Below are positions 1 to 9,480 of a stretch of DNA of 12,171 nucleotides, piece after piece. Below the pieces are notes generated by a model. The model made no database searches, was not told the DNA's origin, and saw nothing but the letters and a program-made list of their open reading frames with translations. Within the stretch, counting starts at the first letter, position 1; each line of letters starts with the position of its first letter. The stretch lies in IMG/VR virus record IMGVR_UViG_3300029219_000167; one strand, 5' to 3'. Both the position numbers and the translations under genes were made by a program. This DNA is from a virus (lineage: Duplodnaviria > Heunggongvirae > Uroviricota > Caudoviricetes).

Positions 1-1
1 A

Positions 2-322
2 CGCTTCGCTGAATGACCGGGATGTGGCAGCCTGATCACTCAGGCAAAATACTCTCCAGGAAAACCGGAGCGGTTCATAGGTCGGTAACACACCAATTAA
101 GGTGGTACAGATCCCCATCATGGTGATGGTAATAAAGAGCACTTTTTTACGCCCTATTCTGTCGCCCATTTTGCCGAAAATAAATGCTCCGACAATACGC
201 GCCACATAACCTGCACCGTAGGTTCCCATTGCCAGAATTAACGCCATTGCCGTTGATGATTCAGGAAAAAATATTTCATGAAACACTAACGCTGCGCCGA
301 GCGAATATAACTGGAAATCCAT
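2..322 (-). pseudogene. ydfJ: MFS transporter fragment (metabolite:H+ symporter-like, ydfJ-like), N-terminally truncated and running off the window edge
   Basis: Minus-strand translation from ATG 322..320 gives MDFQLYSLGAALVFHEIFFPESSTAMALILAMGTYGAGYVARIVGAFIFGKMGDRIGRKKVLFITITMMGICTTLIGVLPTY, with an MFS motif-A-like loop (GKMGDRIGRKK) between hydrophobic segments, resembling ProP/ShiA-type TM1-TM3. An in-frame TGA lies two codons upstream of the Met (316-318 on plus), so the N-terminus is missing. After ...LPTY (about position 77) the frame stays open but is no longer transmembrane-like. Not in the ORF track because it is open to the window edge. Confidence 0.6.
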
Positions 323-924
323 AATTCACAGGTGTTTTTTCCCATCCTGTGGTTTCCTTGGCGTTTTCTAGGTTTTTTCAGATAGTTGCATTTTTTTAAA
401 AGCATCCTAAGTTCGATCTCAGTGTCTATCTGGGGCCTATTTCTGTCCCATATATGCCCCAAAAAACTCCCCAACAGATAAGTAGTTTTTTCATGGATTT
501 ACGCGTAAAATCAATAACGGCTGGAAATCATTCAATACTCGCACTATCGAAAAATTTACCAGCCAACCGCAGCACGTTCTTGCATAAGGCGTGTCTGCGG
601 TTTTTCAACTATTCAGATACATCACTCCCATCACATTCATTCCTCCGCATCAAAGGCATATAGGCTATATCACCTTGATATTTTTCTTCTTCAGATAAAA
701 ATTGTTATCTATGTATACTTTTAAACCCAATCCGTGTAGAGTCTCTGCATAAGATAGTTTGCAGTTGCCACTTCAGATTGCGCCATAAACCGCCTGATTT
801 TTGCCGCCACCTGTTAGCATTCCTGTATACCTGAAACGACAATGTTTATCTACGAACTTTAAGAACACCCAAGATAAAAATTGTCAACTATATCATATAT
901 AACACATTACTAATTCGAGGCTAT

Positions 925-1038
925 ATGAACAGCATACTGATAATCACTTCTCTCCTTATCATATTCAGCATTTTTAGTCATGCCCTAATAAAATTAGGGA
1001 TTGGCATATCCAATAACCCAGACAAAACCGATGTATAA
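925..1038 (+). CDS. Small hydrophobic protein, 37 aa (candidate small membrane protein)
   Basis: ATG 925 preceded by GAGG (917-920, 4-nt spacer, short but usable); translation [37 protein letters not shown] is one hydrophobic helix with a polar tail; stop TAA 1036-1038. Below the ORF-track size cutoff. No homology recalled with certainty. Confidence 0.35.
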
Positions 1039-1106
1039 GTCAACATATCCTGAATCAGACATACAATATCGCAATGAAAATCAATAATATTTTAAGGAAT
1101 ATCTTC

Positions 1107-1340
1107 ATGAAATCAAAAGACACCCTAAAGTGGTTCCCTGCGCAGCTTCCTGAAGTAAGAATTATCCTAGGGGATGCTGTAGTGGAAGTAGCAAAACAGG
1201 GAAGACCTATCAATACCAGAACATTGCTTGATTACATTGAAGGAAACATAAAGAAAAAATCATGGCTGGATAACAAAGAATTATTACAAACAGCGATATC
1301 AGTTCTTAAAGACAACCAAAATTTAAATGGTAAAATGTAA
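1107..1340 (+). CDS. ydfK: YdfK/YnaE-family prophage protein, 77 aa (cold-shock-induced in K-12)
   Basis: Translation MKSKDTLKWFPAQLPEVRIILGDAVVEVAKQGRPINTRTLLDYIEGNIKKKSWLDNKELLQTAISVLKDNQNLNGKM matches my recollection of K-12 YdfK/YnaE (77 aa). AAGGA (1094-1098) sits 8 nt upstream of ATG 1107. The ORF-track start at 1074 has no Shine-Dalgarno and adds 11 residues. Confidence 0.85.
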   Translation: MKSKDTLKWFPAQLPEVRIILGDAVVEVAKQGRPINTRTLLDYIEGNIKKKSWLDNKELLQTAISVLKDNQNLNGKM

Positions 1341-1656
1341 TATAACAAACTTACTTTTTTATCATTTTTCCACTTTAACAACATTTTGCTCCACTTTTCC
1401 ACGACCAAACAAATTAAAATCTGGTTAAAATAACACGCAACACTATTCTTCTTCCTTGAGTCTGCCCGGAACTCGAAAAACAAACCGAGTTAAAGCCATT
1501 TTTCACAAAATCGATTTTGGGTCTCACCAAAATTACGGGGTTGCATACGCATTCGTTTATTTTCGAACGTGTACATACAAATATGCACAAAAATAATCAA
1601 AATTATTTTCTGAGATGCATTATGATATGAACACCAATTTCGTATAGAGTCTCACT

Positions 1657-2247
1657 ATGTCTCGAATTTTTGCTTACTGTCGGATATCAACGCTGGATCA
1701 GACCACCGAAAATCAACGCCGGGAAATCGAAAGTGCAGGTTTTAAAATCAAACCTCAGCAAATAATCGAAGAACACATTAGCGGCTCAGCAGCAACCAGT
1801 GAGCGTCCTGGTTTTAACCGGTTGCTTGCTCGCCTGAAATGTGGTGATCAATTGATTGTGACAAAACTGGATCGCCTTGGTTGTAATGCAATGGATATCA
1901 GGAAAACAGTGGAACAACTGACCGAAACAGGTATCAGAGTGCATTGCTTAGCATTGGGGGGCATTGACCTGACCAGTCCAACAGGAAAAATGATGATGCA
2001 CGTAATTTCAGCAGTCGCTGAATTTGAACGAGACCTTTTACTTGAACGCACTCATTCCGGGATAGTAAGAGCCCGCGGCGCAGGGAAACGTTTTGGTCGA
2101 CCACCTGTGTTAAATGAAGAACAGAAACAGGTGGTATTCGAACGAATTAAGTCAGGTGTAAGTATAAGTGCCATTGCCCGGGAATTCAAAACCTCGCGGC
2201 AAACCATTTTAAGAGCCAAAGCAAAACTTCAGACACCTGACATATAA
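1657..2247 (+). CDS. pinQ: Serine recombinase (resolvase/invertase family, PinQ/PinR-like), 196 aa
   Basis: N-terminal catalytic motif ...YCRISTLDQ... (nucleophilic Ser), resolvase core ([23 protein letters not shown]) and C-terminal HTH ([22 protein letters not shown]). Convergent with tfa; 97-bp gap to the tfa stop. Confidence 0.92.
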   Translation: MSRIFAYCRISTLDQTTENQRREIESAGFKIKPQQIIEEHISGSAATSERPGFNRLLARLKCGDQLIVTKLDRLGCNAMDIRKTVEQLTETGIRVHCLALGGIDLTSPTGKMMMHVISAVAEFERDLLLERTHSGIVRARGAGKRFGRPPVLNEEQKQVVFERIKSGVSISAIAREFKTSRQTILRAKAKLQTPDI

Positions 2248-2344
2248 AAAATAATCTCGGTGTGAGATGCTTTACGTCTTCCAAGCCCCCTTCCTTGCCG
2301 TAAATGGAAAGATACATCTAATTATAGAATTTATATGTTTTACC

Positions 2345-2920
2345 CTACGGCAGTGCTGGCCATTCAATATCCTGTGCAGTTGATGTATCAACACGGTTCA
2401 GCAACACCCGATACTTTTTCCAGGCTTCCAGCAATGAGGTTTCTTCCTCCGTTGCGATTTCCAGATCTACAGCATCCTGAAGTGGCGCTATATGCTCACT
2501 GGCTACCTGCATCAGGCTGTTTTTTGTTTCTTCCGCCTCCCGGATCCGGAACAGTTTTTCTGCTTCCGTATCCTTCACCCAGACTGTACCGTTCCACTTC
2601 TGAAACTCCCCTTCCGGCGATAACCAGGTAACATTTTCCGGTAACGGACCGAGTTCAGAAATAAATAACGCGTCGCCGGAAGCCACGTCATAAACCATTT
2701 TACCCCGATGATCTTCAACGAGATGCCACGATGACTCATCACTGTTGAAAACAGCCACGAAGCCAGCCGGAATATCTGGCGGTGCAATATCGGTACTGTT
2801 TGCTGGCAGACCTGTATGAGGCGGAATATATGCATCACCTTCACCAATAAATTCATTAGTTCCGGCCAGCAGATTATAAATTTTTATGGTCCGTGGTTGT
2901 TCACTCATTCTGAATGCCAT
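2345..2920 (-). CDS. tfaQ: Tail fibre assembly protein (Tfa chaperone), 191 aa
   Basis: 191-aa ORF directly downstream of stf, as in lambda stf-tfa. Its ATG (2920..2918) shares one nucleotide with the stf TAA stop (TAATG overlap), suggesting translational coupling. Sequence consistent with TfaR/TfaQ of K-12 from memory. Confidence 0.88.
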   Translation of the reverse strand: MAFRMSEQPRTIKIYNLLAGTNEFIGEGDAYIPPHTGLPANSTDIAPPDIPAGFVAVFNSDESSWHLVEDHRGKMVYDVASGDALFISELGPLPENVTWLSPEGEFQKWNGTVWVKDTEAEKLFRIREAEETKNSLMQVASEHIAPLQDAVDLEIATEEETSLLEAWKKYRVLLNRVDTSTAQDIEWPALP

Positions 2921-5900
2921 TATGCAAGCCTCACAATATAGTTAAATGCGATGTTTTTGACGGTGTTTTCCGCGTTACCAGCAGCGTTAACGGTGATGGT
3001 GTGTCCATGTGAACCAATCGCAACGGAGTGCGTATGAGCACCAATACCCACAGTATGTGCGTGTGCACCTGCGCTTGCAGCAGTACCCGATACAGAGTGC
3101 GTATGAGCGCCTGCAGAAGAAGTGTTAACACTGTATTTAGAATAATCAGATGCTCCACTTCCCGGAGCACCACTGGAACCACCTGAAACAAATGTCATCG
3201 AATGGGTATGTGCACCGGCTGAAGCAGCCGTACCGCTAACACTATGGGTATGCGCCCCGGTGTTATTCGTGGATTTAGTGCCGTAATCAAACGACGATGT
3301 GGTTTTCGTCCCCAAATCCGTACTGGATGCGCTGGCGCTGTGGGTATGCGATTTAATGCCGTCCTGTTCCTGAGACAATACGGCCCGACCACTGGCAGGT
3401 TTGCCCTTAATCGTCCAGCCACGCATATCAGGGATCACGCCTGACGGATAAGCGGCTGCAAGTTTCGGGTAAGCAGATTTGTCAAAAGTCTGCCCCTGCA
3501 TCAGGGCATAACCAGACGGAACGGTATCTGATGGCCACGGGATTGGTGCGCCGACTGGGTAGCTTTCTGGTGGAAGATTTTTCGAGGTATAAACTTCTGC
3601 CCAGTCTTCCTCAAAACCATAACCGTCTCTTGAAGAACGGTAGAACAGACCACCATTTCTGTAATGCGCCTTCATCTGCAAGGTCCGGCAACTTCCGACT
3701 CCGGTATAGAAGTTAACCAGAATATAGCTGTCGCCAGAGCGGGTGACATTGTAAGCACCTGATTCGGCATTCCAGGGAACGCCACCATCCGCATCGGCAT
3801 ATGTATCCGTTGCCCTTCTGGCAAAAGCAGCCACATGCGCGGCGGTTAAAGTAATATCTCTGGAACCATCAAACTCAACACCAGAAACCAGTCTTGGCGT
3901 TTGCAGCTTTGTTGCTGTTAATGCATTACCGTTCAGACTTGCGGACAGTTTGGTTCCAATAACCAGTTCGCCGGTTGCGTTATAAATAGCAAACGGTCTT
4001 AATGTATTCCAGCCACCATAAACATCACCTTGATTGGTAAGCAGCAGGTAAGTTTTAGCGCCATCATTACGCCATAATGCACCATACTCCCCACCTATCA
4101 TTCGAATCTGATTACCACCACGCGCTACAATTTCGTCTGTGGCAAAAAGTTTTTTGCACGACAAATTATCGTTAACGATTAACGAATGAGACTCATAAAA
4201 ACCACGCCCACTCTTAAAATCAAGGATAACGTCCGCCGCGATACATTCAGTCGCTGGATTTGTTGCCCCAAACTTATAGGTCGTATCATTAACAACGAGA
4301 TCAGCACCAGGTGCGGATATTGACAGGCCATCTTCGATAAACGCAAAAACAGGGAAAGCAGCGCCATCAACATAGAACACAGAGCGCAAATCATCGCCCT
4401 TATTACTCATCATTATTGAGTGGATGGCTCGTTCATTGTTTTGATATTGCCAGAACATTCCATAAGCATAACGCCCCCTGTCAGTCCAGCCACCAGGCAT
4501 AACAAATCCGTTAAACTCGCAGTTATTCATCGGATCGCCTGCGGTTCGCGTTGCCGTGGTGATAATGACCCTTGATGCCAGTTCGCTTACTGAGCCAGCA
4601 GAACGCATAACAACAACAGGGTAATATTTTCCAGATGTTGCACCTGCAGGAGCGTTAACCCGCACATAACGCATACCACGCTTATCAGCAAAGTCTGTTT
4701 TACTGACCGCGTTAATGTTGTTCAGGAAGCGTCCCTTATCGGGTATATCAGCGCCGTTCTGGTCTTTCTGCAGACGTTTCTCTGCATTGTCATAGGCTGA
4801 TTTTACTGCCTTTGGCGTTGCCGCCAGCGTTTCAGACGTACTGTTGGTCGCACTGCTGAGCTGTACTATCCCCTTTTTCGTCGTGCTCGCATCCTCAAGC
4901 GCCACGGCGGATGCAATATCCTCTGCCCGTTTTGCCGCTGTCTCGGCGCGCGTTGCCGCGGATTCCGCCGTACTTTTGCTCTGTGCTGCCGCCGTCGCAC
5001 TGCCAGCTGCCTCTGTCGCCTTCGTGGATGCTGTCGTGGCGCTGCCCTTCGCTGCTGACGCCTGTCTGGTCGCCTCATCTTTTGAAGCAGACGCCGATGA
5101 TGCCGATGACGCCGCCGAACTGGCTGACGATGCGGCAGCCGTTTTTGAGGATTCTGCGCTGGTTTCCGACGCTTTCGCGTTCGTTTCGGATGTCTTCGCT
5201 GCGGAAGCAGAACTCGCTGCTGCGCTGGCCTGTTCAGTGGCTTCGCCAGCCTTCGTTGTGGCTGTTGAAGCGGATGATGCGGCGCTTTCTGCCGATTTTC
5301 CGGCGGCGGTGGCACTGGCTGAGGCCTGCCCGGCACTTGTTGACGCGGCGCTGGCAGATGATGCAGCCGCTGTTTTTGAGCCTGCCGCAGCTGAGGCGCT
5401 CTGTCCCGCTGCCGTCTCAGAAGACTTAGCGTTCGTCTCGGACGTTTTTGCCGCCTTCGCGGAATTTCCTGCCGCCGTTGCCGAGGAAGTTGCGCTACTG
5501 GCGCTCGAGGATGCGTTCGTTTCTGATGATTTCGCTGCCTCTTTTGAGGCCGCCGCATCCCGGGCTGAGGTGGCAGCTTCTGACGCTTTCGTGGTCGCGG
5601 TGGATGCAGAAGTGGCTGCTGATTGTTGTGACGCTGCGGCATTCGTTTCTGACGTTTTCGCGGCACTGGCACTGGTAGCTGCCGCGCTTTTTGAGGACTC
5701 TGCAGCAGCAGCACTTTTCGATGCTTCACTGACCTTTGTTGATGCCGTTCCTGCGCTGGAAGACGCTGACTGAGCCGACGACGCGGCCTGTCCGGCTGAC
5801 GTGCTGGCTGCGCGTGCTGAGCCTGCAGCATCAGTCGCATGGGTTGCCGCCTCACGGGCTGATGTGCCGGCATCGCCGGCTGACTTCTTCGCGGCTGCCG

Positions 5901-6276
5901 TGTTCTGTGCCACCGCGGACGCGTTACGCGCCACCTCTTCCACCATCAGCTCAAAACGGCGCAGTGCCTCTGGCCGGGCATCATCCTCCGTCATGGCACC
6001 GAGAAAATCATTCAGCGTACCGGGTCGGGAGTCTTCATACACGGTGATGGTCCCGGCATGTGACGGCGGGAATCCTTCCACCAACAGAATAACGCTGTAC
6101 TGACCGTACTCAACGTCCATGCTGTAACGCCCGGCTTCATCCGGATTTTCTGAGGCCACCGTGTTCACCACCACCGTGGTGCTGTTACGTTTTGCTTTCA
6201 GCTGGATTGTGCAGTTCTGTACCGGTTTTCCTGTGCCGTCTTTCAGTACACCTGAAATCTTTACTGCCATATTCAC
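2920..6276 (-). CDS. stfQ: Side tail fibre protein (Stf, lambda-Stf/StfR-like), about 1116-1118 aa
   Basis: N-terminus (MN)[20 protein letters not shown]... matches lambda Stf; long Ala/Ser/Thr-rich periodic region (repeated AAKTSETNA units); C-terminal HxH repeats (GAHTHS x3, GAHAHT, SHGHT) and ...[18 protein letters not shown] end, as in lambda Stf. The ORF track uses GTG 6276; the lambda-like ATG is at 6270 (MAVKIS...). Preceded by GGGG/GTG purine-rich RBS. Confidence 0.9.
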   Translation of the reverse strand: MNMAVKISGVLKDGTGKPVQNCTIQLKAKRNSTTVVVNTVASENPDEAGRYSMDVEYGQYSVILLVEGFPPSHAGTITVYEDSRPGTLNDFLGAMTEDDARPEALRRFELMVEEVARNASAVAQNTAAAKKSAGDAGTSAREAATHATDAAGSARAASTSAGQAASSAQSASSSAGTASTKVSEASKSAAAAESSKSAAATSASAAKTSETNAAASQQSAATSASTATTKASEAATSARDAAASKEAAKSSETNASSSASSATSSATAAGNSAKAAKTSETNAKSSETAAGQSASAAAGSKTAAASSASAASTSAGQASASATAAGKSAESAASSASTATTKAGEATEQASAAASSASAAKTSETNAKASETSAESSKTAAASSASSAASSASSASASKDEATRQASAAKGSATTASTKATEAAGSATAAAQSKSTAESAATRAETAAKRAEDIASAVALEDASTTKKGIVQLSSATNSTSETLAATPKAVKSAYDNAEKRLQKDQNGADIPDKGRFLNNINAVSKTDFADKRGMRYVRVNAPAGATSGKYYPVVVMRSAGSVSELASRVIITTATRTAGDPMNNCEFNGFVMPGGWTDRGRYAYGMFWQYQNNERAIHSIMMSNKGDDLRSVFYVDGAAFPVFAFIEDGLSISAPGADLVVNDTTYKFGATNPATECIAADVILDFKSGRGFYESHSLIVNDNLSCKKLFATDEIVARGGNQIRMIGGEYGALWRNDGAKTYLLLTNQGDVYGGWNTLRPFAIYNATGELVIGTKLSASLNGNALTATKLQTPRLVSGVEFDGSRDITLTAAHVAAFARRATDTYADADGGVPWNAESGAYNVTRSGDSYILVNFYTGVGSCRTLQMKAHYRNGGLFYRSSRDGYGFEEDWAEVYTSKNLPPESYPVGAPIPWPSDTVPSGYALMQGQTFDKSAYPKLAAAYPSGVIPDMRGWTIKGKPASGRAVLSQEQDGIKSHTHSASASSTDLGTKTTSSFDYGTKSTNNTGAHTHSVSGTAASAGAHTHSMTFVSGGSSGAPGSGASDYSKYSVNTSSAGAHTHSVSGTAASAGAHAHTVGIGAHTHSVAIGSHGHTITVNAAGNAENTVKNIAFNYIVRLA

Positions 6277-6280
6277 CCCA

Positions 6281-6308
6281 CAAAAAAGCCCGCCTGAACC
6301 GGCGGGCT
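6281..6308 (-). terminator. Rho-independent terminator downstream of lom
   Basis: Minus strand reads AGCCCGCC-GGTTCA-GGCGGGCT followed by TTTTTTG: perfect 8-bp GC-rich stem plus T-run, 27 nt after the lom stop, immediately before the stf RBS. Confidence 0.8.
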
Positions 6309-6334
6309 GTCATAACACTGTGTTACCTGGCTAA

Positions 6335-6934
6335 TCAGAATTTATAACCGACACCCACGATGAAACCGTCAGTGCGCCAGTCACCACTGCCGGAGCCTTC
6401 ATAAGCAATATCAATGGCCACGGATTCGGTCGGGTTAAACTGCACGCCAGCCCCCCACGCCAGAGACGTGTTGCTGTGGCGACCGTCATCACTTCCGGTC
6501 AGCACATCGTGCGTTTTCCCCTTGTTGTCAGTTACGCGGAGATAATCCCCGAAGAAAGTCGACACACGGCTGTAAGCCACACCCGCCATCGCATACACGC
6601 TGAACCATTCATTCACGCGCACAGACGGCCCCGCCATTACGCTGAACCAGCGGTTACGCACGGAATCTTCATGCCAGCGGGTATCGCTGTAATGCGTTTT
6701 TTGCTCATCTTCAGCGTTGGCATAACTGAATGACGTAATCAGCCCCAGCGTGTCCGTAAACTCATAACGGTATTTCACGTTAATCCCGTTCAGATTATCG
6801 CTGCCGGGAGCGTTCGTACGGGCATTAAGATACCCTGCGCTCAGTGTGGCCTGCTGCTCAGACGCCCATGCAGGCGCACCGGATACGGCCAGACAGATGG
6901 CTGTGGACAAAATGGCTGCACAAACTTTACGCAT
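6335..6934 (-). CDS. lom: Lom-family outer membrane protein (Ail/Lom/OmpX/PagC beta-barrel), 199 aa
   Basis: Signal peptide [24 protein letters not shown], aromatic-rich beta-barrel pattern, C-terminal ...[10 protein letters not shown] ending in Phe; sits between J and stf as in lambda. GAGAGG Shine-Dalgarno 6 nt upstream of the ATG. Confidence 0.9.
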   Translation of the reverse strand: MRKVCAAILSTAICLAVSGAPAWASEQQATLSAGYLNARTNAPGSDNLNGINVKYRYEFTDTLGLITSFSYANAEDEQKTHYSDTRWHEDSVRNRWFSVMAGPSVRVNEWFSVYAMAGVAYSRVSTFFGDYLRVTDNKGKTHDVLTGSDDGRHSNTSLAWGAGVQFNPTESVAIDIAYEGSGSGDWRTDGFIVGVGYKF

Positions 6935-6956
6935 AATTACCTCTCGCTTTTCTGCA

Positions 6957-6982
6957 ATAAAAAAGGCGCCATTTCTGGCGCC
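6957..6982 (-). terminator. Rho-independent terminator downstream of the Nu1'-'J ORF
   Basis: Minus strand reads GGCGCC-AGAAAT-GGCGCC followed by TTTTTTATTG; located between the J-fragment stop (7002-7004) and the lom RBS. Confidence 0.8.
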
Positions 6983-7001
6983 CGTATATGGGTTATAAAA
7001 T

Positions 7002-9458
7002 TCAGCTGATACTGATGCCTGCGGTGGCTTTCTTCATCACCACAACCAGCAAATCGCTGATACTTGCTGTGGGATACCAGTCATTTACCAGCCATGCTGA
7101 CACCGAAAACTCCAGCGTCATGTGGCCGTGACCAGCTGGCATATCAATAACACCACTGTAAATCAGCGTATTATCCAGCGCGGTACGGTTATAAATTTCA
7201 GCACCATTTTTCTTCACTATCAGGCGGCATGAGGAGTAAATATCAGTATGCTCTCTCTCATGTTTAGCACCGCTGAATGCCACCGCCGGAATAACAATCT
7301 GCCGGTCAAACGGCTGATCGTCATAAATCCTGACGGTAATGGTCCCTGATGGCCACCGCTCCGGTGCCCGGGAGTCCCGCGGGAAAGCCTTACCCACTGT
7401 TTTGACAATATCGCCTTCAATCTGGTTGGCTGACAGTTTCCCTTTAATCTGACAGTTTTCATTTATCGTAACGTTGTTGAGCGTCCCGGCGTTCGCATTC
7501 ACACTGCCACTGATATCTGCATTTTTAGCGGTCAGCTTTCCGTCCGGTGTCAGGGAAAATGCAGGAGGATTACCGCCGCTGGTAATGGTGGGAGCCGTCA
7601 GATATTTCAGGAACACTTCATTCATGAATATCTGATCACCCTGACCAACAAACATCGGTTTTGTGTTGCCATTTGCAGGATTAATCATCGCAATCCTGTC
7701 TGCCGCCAGCAGCACCTGACTCTGCATGCCGTCGGGGGTGTTCTCAATACCGGCACCGATACCCGCAATATAAAGGCGTCCGTCCTGCATCTGCTGCAGC
7801 TTCACAGCCCACATGCTGTTCAGATTATTATTTGTATCAACCTGAACCTTCTGTATCTGCTGGATCGCTGCACTCTGGTCTTCCAGTTTCTTATTGACGG
7901 TCTGTGTGATTTCATTGCTGACATCCGTAATGGATGTCCTGATTTCAGCCAGGTCAGGCGCAAGCTGACCGTTATCAATCTGCGTCCACAGCTCCTGAGC
8001 CAGATGGGTTTTCCCTATCTCGCCTTTGAAAAAATCCAGATAGCCGGATGCGTCATCACTCGGCTGACCAACAGCCTCCACGAATGCCGATTTGCCAACG
8101 GTGTTCACACTGCGAACGTAAAAATAATAATTATGGCCCGGCCTGATATTGATACTGGCGGCTATCCAGTACAGCGCCGTGCCAAGATAGCGTGCTGTGG
8201 TTTCAACCTGCCTGATATCCGCAATCCGCTTTTCCGAGAACCAGAACTCAAACTGTACCGTCGGATCATAAACCGCAAGATGCGGCGTGGCGGTTATCTG
8301 AAAATAGCCCGGCGTCAGCTCAATCCGCGACGGCGCTGCCGGTGCGGCAATCCGGAACGATACCGACGCCGGATCGCCCTGCTGCCCCCACGCATTTACC
8401 GCCCGGACTGTCAGCCTGTAGTTCCCCAGAGCCAGTTGTGTGAAGCGGTAAGTGGTTTCCGTCGTCCGGGCCGTGCTGACCAGCCGCTCACTGCCGTCAT
8501 CCGCTGCCACGGTCAGGCGAAGCAGGAAGCTCACGCCCTTCACCACCTTCGGCGTGTCCCAGCGGGCCAGCACCTGGTATTCCCCGCTGTCTGCAGTGAC
8601 TTCTGCGGTCAGGTGCTGCACCGCTGGCGGCGTGACACCGTTCACCGTGCCACTCTGTTCGCCGTCAAAGTGCGCCCCGTTATCCACGATGACCTCTTTT
8701 TCCGGCACATGCTGCACGGCGGTGATGGCATACGTGCCGTCGTCGTTCTCACGGATACTCACGCAGCGGAACAGTCGCTGGCGCAGCCTCGGCAGCTTCA
8801 GCCCCCATACGCTGTATTCAGCAACACCGTCAGGAACACGGCTCACTTTCACCTTCACGCCGTCGGTGACGGACTGAACCTCCACGCTGACCGGATTGCC
8901 ACTTCCGTCAACCAGGCTTATCAGCGTGGTACCGGAGGATGGCAGCCAGGATATCAGTTCATCCAGCGCGGCTGCTTTGTTCATGGCTTTGATGATATCC
9001 CGTTTCAGGAAATCAACATGTCGGTTTTCCAGTTCCGGAAAACGCCGCTGCACCGACAGGGGGATCCCGTCGAGAATACTGGCAATTTCACCTGCGATCC
9101 GCGACAGCACGAAAGTACAGAATGCGGTTTCCACCACTTCAGCGGAGTCTCTGGCATTCTTCAGTTCCTGTGCGTCGGCCTGCGCACGCGTAAGTCGATG
9201 GCGTTCGTACTCAATAGTCCCTGGCTGGAGATCTGCCTCGCTGGCCTGCCGCAGTTCTTCAACTTCCCGGCGCAGCTTTTCGTTCTCAATTTCAGCATCC
9301 CTTTCGGCATACCATCTTATAACGGCGGCAGAGTCATAAAGCACCTCATTACCCTTGCCACCGCCTCGCAGAACGGGCATTCCCTGTTCCTGCCAGTTCT
9401 GAATGGTACGGATACTCGCACCGAAAATGTCAGCCAGCTGCTTTTTGTTGACTTCCAT
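7002..9458 (-). CDS. Chimeric deletion-fusion ORF, 818 aa: N-terminal ~169 aa of terminase small subunit Nu1 (nohQ-like) fused in frame to C-terminal ~650 aa of tail-tip protein J
   Basis: Residues 1-169 ([46 protein letters not shown]...[13 protein letters not shown]) are near-identical to lambda Nu1 as I recall it, including the winged-HTH DNA-binding domain. From about plus position 8951 the frame continues as ...[49 protein letters not shown]... matching the lambda J C-terminal half through ...[16 protein letters not shown]. Junction is in frame, so roughly 19 kb of head and tail genes (Nu1 3' end, A through I, J 5' half) are absent. Confidence 0.85.
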   Translation of the reverse strand: MEVNKKQLADIFGASIRTIQNWQEQGMPVLRGGGKGNEVLYDSAAVIRWYAERDAEIENEKLRREVEELRQASEADLQPGTIEYERHRLTRAQADAQELKNARDSAEVVETAFCTFVLSRIAGEIASILDGIPLSVQRRFPELENRHVDFLKRDIIKAMNKAAALDELISWLPSSGTTLISLVDGSGNPVSVEVQSVTDGVKVKVSRVPDGVAEYSVWGLKLPRLRQRLFRCVSIRENDDGTYAITAVQHVPEKEVIVDNGAHFDGEQSGTVNGVTPPAVQHLTAEVTADSGEYQVLARWDTPKVVKGVSFLLRLTVAADDGSERLVSTARTTETTYRFTQLALGNYRLTVRAVNAWGQQGDPASVSFRIAAPAAPSRIELTPGYFQITATPHLAVYDPTVQFEFWFSEKRIADIRQVETTARYLGTALYWIAASINIRPGHNYYFYVRSVNTVGKSAFVEAVGQPSDDASGYLDFFKGEIGKTHLAQELWTQIDNGQLAPDLAEIRTSITDVSNEITQTVNKKLEDQSAAIQQIQKVQVDTNNNLNSMWAVKLQQMQDGRLYIAGIGAGIENTPDGMQSQVLLAADRIAMINPANGNTKPMFVGQGDQIFMNEVFLKYLTAPTITSGGNPPAFSLTPDGKLTAKNADISGSVNANAGTLNNVTINENCQIKGKLSANQIEGDIVKTVGKAFPRDSRAPERWPSGTITVRIYDDQPFDRQIVIPAVAFSGAKHEREHTDIYSSCRLIVKKNGAEIYNRTALDNTLIYSGVIDMPAGHGHMTLEFSVSAWLVNDWYPTASISDLLVVVMKKATAGISIS

Positions 9459-9480
9459 TGTTCATTCCACGGCCAAAAAC

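Noticed and set aside
286-474. 62-aa minus-strand ORF that might have encoded the missing MFS N-terminus
   Set aside because: Different frame from the MFS fragment and a basic, non-hydrophobic translation; not an MFS TM1 region.
454-663. 69-aa plus-strand ORF in the junction region
   Set aside because: No Shine-Dalgarno, no recognisable domain, low-complexity composition; probably chance.
1232-1483. 83-aa minus-strand ORF overlapping the 3' end of ydfK
   Set aside because: Antisense to a well-supported gene, AT-rich chance ORF, no Shine-Dalgarno.
1464-1580. Possible gix/hix/cix-type 26-bp crossover site upstream of pin (for example CAAACCGAGTTAAAG at 1471-1485 and TTCGTTTATTTTCGAACG at 1551-1568)
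   Set aside because: Only partial resemblance to the AAACC-NN-GGTTT core and no inverted partner found in stf or tfa; cannot be supported without a computed inverted-repeat search.
2248-2344. Expected bidirectional terminator between convergent pin and tfa
   Set aside because: No stable GC-rich hairpin with a flanking U-run in the 97-bp gap; only a weak imperfect CCTTCC...GGAAAG pairing.
2335-3716. Several 60-100-aa ORFs in alternative frames within tfa and the stf 3' end (2335-2631 +, 2575-2856 -, 2931-3191 -, 3195-3422 -, 3244-3444 +, 3531-3716 +)
   Set aside because: All embedded in the tfa and stf coding sequences; the translations look non-protein-like.
4844-6103. Multiple long ORFs on both strands (309, 335, 172, 76, 103, 100 aa) inside the stf repeat region
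   Set aside because: They are frame shadows of the GC-rich Ala/Ser/Thr-coding tract; translations are low-complexity Arg/Pro/Gln or Ala/Asp strings with no start signals, and they lie wholly within the well-supported stf CDS.
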